From the NCBI GenBank assembly GCA_022813965.1, contig JALDZS010000218.1, forward strand, positions 1 to 36,770: a stretch of 36,770 nt of DNA. The letters are read 5' to 3'. A model generated the notes under the pieces. That model worked only from the letters and a program-made list of their open reading frames with translations, ran no database searches and had not been told where the DNA came from. The DNA comes from Toensbergia leucococca (lineage: Eukaryota). Position 1 is the first letter of the stretch. Each line of letters begins with the position of its first letter. A program made the position numbers and the translations under genes. Of the stretch, positions 35,241-36,770 are shown one piece after another.

Positions 35241-36695
35241 TCAGAGAATCACTGAGATATAATACCTCTTGGGGCCGTACAACTGACGGGTCGGTTCAAG
35301 CACCACATTGTACTTGTCTCTTCTCCCTCCTTTGAAAGAGACACTGGTGTCTTTGAACAAAAAGTCATCTTCGCATAGCGGGCCACGATCAATCGCCGGC
35401 CACACCTCGGCCAGACCAAAACTCTCCCGCAAACACTGGATGATGAAAGAATGCAATATCTGGGGGAAAACGTGGTTCGGGACCTCGCTGAAATCCTCCA
35501 CATCTGTAAAATGGAGAGATAGACTGACCATCTTTAGCTTTTGTTGTAAGCCGGGCGATAAGCGATTGAGAAAACCCATGGTTTTTTCCATGCCGTCCAT
35601 GAAAACGAACCGGTTTTCCAAGTAAAACACGTCGAGGGCCTCGACGGAGAATTGTCGACTTACGGTGAACATACCTGTAGGTACTTGATAGCACACGCAA
35701 GTGGTCGAGAAAGCCGCTGGTTGATAGTAACAACAGCACGTATGTAGAGAATGTGTACAGGCTCCACAGCACAGTGGCACTCGTGGTGCCCCGCAAAGAG
35801 GACTTCCTCCAAGCCGGCCGTTCCAGATGAGTAGTTCCCTACGCGGAAAGCCCTCACTCGCCTGCTTTAAGACGAGGTCCGTATGACAAAGAATGAGCCT
35901 CCTAAGCTCAAACGGTAATCGATTGAAATGGAACGGACTAGTTGGCGTTCTGGATGCGGACGCCTGTAGCACGGCTTCCTTCACCGTTTGCCGCAATGCA
36001 CGGACATACGGGTTGGAATTAGAGGACCATGCACTGAAAGCAGGCCTTTTATCAAGAGAAATAGCGCAGTGTGCCAGATTCCAATTCTTCAGTGGCTCAA
36101 AGATTTCTTCTGCAGCAGCATGATGGATAGCTTGGCAAGAAAGACCGAGATTCAATGACGCTGGCCTCATGGAACTTCGCGCAAAGCTACAGAATGACAA
36201 CCATTCTCCGACGACGGAACTGTCAAGCTGAGAATCTTCATCATCAGGATCGAGGCTGACATGGAGCGATTCTATTGACCTTAAAGCGACCGGACTCAAT
36301 TTGCGGAAGACTTCAAGATCCCCCTGGGCACGTCGGATGATCTTGAAGTTATTTCGGCCATAGAAAAATGGAATGACATCGTTGGAGATTTGGCGGCAGA
36401 TGTAGAATAGTTGAGTTGGCAAAGAAGGGCAATTGCAATCGAATTCATGGGGGTAGTCAACGTCGCGCAATGGATCTATTGAGCCTCTCTCACGCCGAAA
36501 AAAGAGACAGTTGATGCGGTCAATATGAGTACGATCATTTGGATCTAGGGTATTATTTATATATATTTCTCGGGCTCTCCGTCGCTCTCCTTCCGTGAGC
36601 ATGTCAATTGGACATATACGGACAAGGCCGACAGAAGTGTAAATTTTCTGTCTGATGTGCAGAGGTAGGTCTAAGAATGAGAGGTGTCTCGCCAT
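35241..36695 (-). CDS. Hypothetical protein with two F-box-like motifs and Cys-rich inserts, 484 aa
   Basis: Intronless ORF. First half FLDLPLHIRQKIY..LFYICRQI..FYGRNNF; second half FNRLPFELRRLIL..MFTVSRQF..FYLENRF. Confidence 0.8.
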   Translation of the reverse strand: MARHLSFLDLPLHIRQKIYTSVGLVRICPIDMLTEGERRRAREIYINNTLDPNDRTHIDRINCLFFRRERGSIDPLRDVDYPHEFDCNCPSLPTQLFYICRQISNDVIPFFYGRNNFKIIRRAQGDLEVFRKLSPVALRSIESLHVSLDPDDEDSQLDSSVVGEWLSFCSFARSSMRPASLNLGLSCQAIHHAAAEEIFEPLKNWNLAHCAISLDKRPAFSAWSSNSNPYVRALRQTVKEAVLQASASRTPTSPFHFNRLPFELRRLILCHTDLVLKQASEGFPRRELLIWNGRLGGSPLCGAPRVPLCCGACTHSLHTCCCYYQPAAFSTTCVCYQVPTGMFTVSRQFSVEALDVFYLENRFVFMDGMEKTMGFLNRLSPGLQQKLKMVSLSLHFTDVEDFSEVPNHVFPQILHSFIIQCLRESFGLAEVWPAIDRGPLCEDDFLFKDTSVSFKGGRRDKYNVVLEPTRQLYGPKRYYISVIL

Positions 36696-36770
36696 GGTAA
36701 ATATAGGCGCAATTGAAGATGCAGAAGTTGAAGCGTTTGATGATAGGCGATTAATTTGATCAAGTGATCA

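Noticed and set aside
1..36770. Starship or other large mobile element carrying the NLR or CorA-like genes
   Set aside because: No tyrosine recombinase (DUF3435), transposase, RT or integrase motifs and no terminal repeats recognised; core genes (RCM1, CENP-X, POA1) are interspersed.
1..36770. Alternative genetic code with TAG reassigned
   Set aside because: Intact genes (SDR, peroxygenase, MFS) end in TAG at expected positions, and conserved genes have no internal TAG.

Overview
Eukaryotic, intron-containing DNA from a filamentous ascomycete (Pezizomycotina; a lichen-forming lineage is only a guess from composition). Manual splicing (GT..AG introns with CTRAC/CTAAT-type branch sites) gives 11 apparently intact genes: an AndH-like SDR oxidoreductase, a secreted heme-thiolate peroxygenase, a Poa1-type macrodomain phosphatase, an orphan 166-aa beta-repeat protein, an MFS anion:cation symporter, a small GPI-anchored protein, a TALE-homeodomain/C2H2 transcription factor, CENP-X/MHF2, a small hydrophilic protein, RCM1/NSUN5 rRNA methyltransferase and a duplicated F-box-like protein. 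Two large pseudogenes are present: a multi-exon protein with a C-terminal CorA-like membrane segment (<1-4482, minus) and a NACHT-ankyrin NLR (32331-35075, plus). Their stop codons are all of the kind CpA->TpA (RIP-like) mutation creates. Several AT-rich CpG-depleted islands and strand-skewed low-complexity blocks separate the genes. No tRNA/rRNA, CRISPR array, intact transposon or Starship captain was recognised. The most unusual items are the peroxygenase lacking its canonical Arg/Glu catalytic pair, the orphan 20-aa-repeat beta-solenoid, the CorA-tailed giant protein, and a recurring 5'-C/3'-G intragenic skew. Family assignments come from remembered motifs, not database searches.
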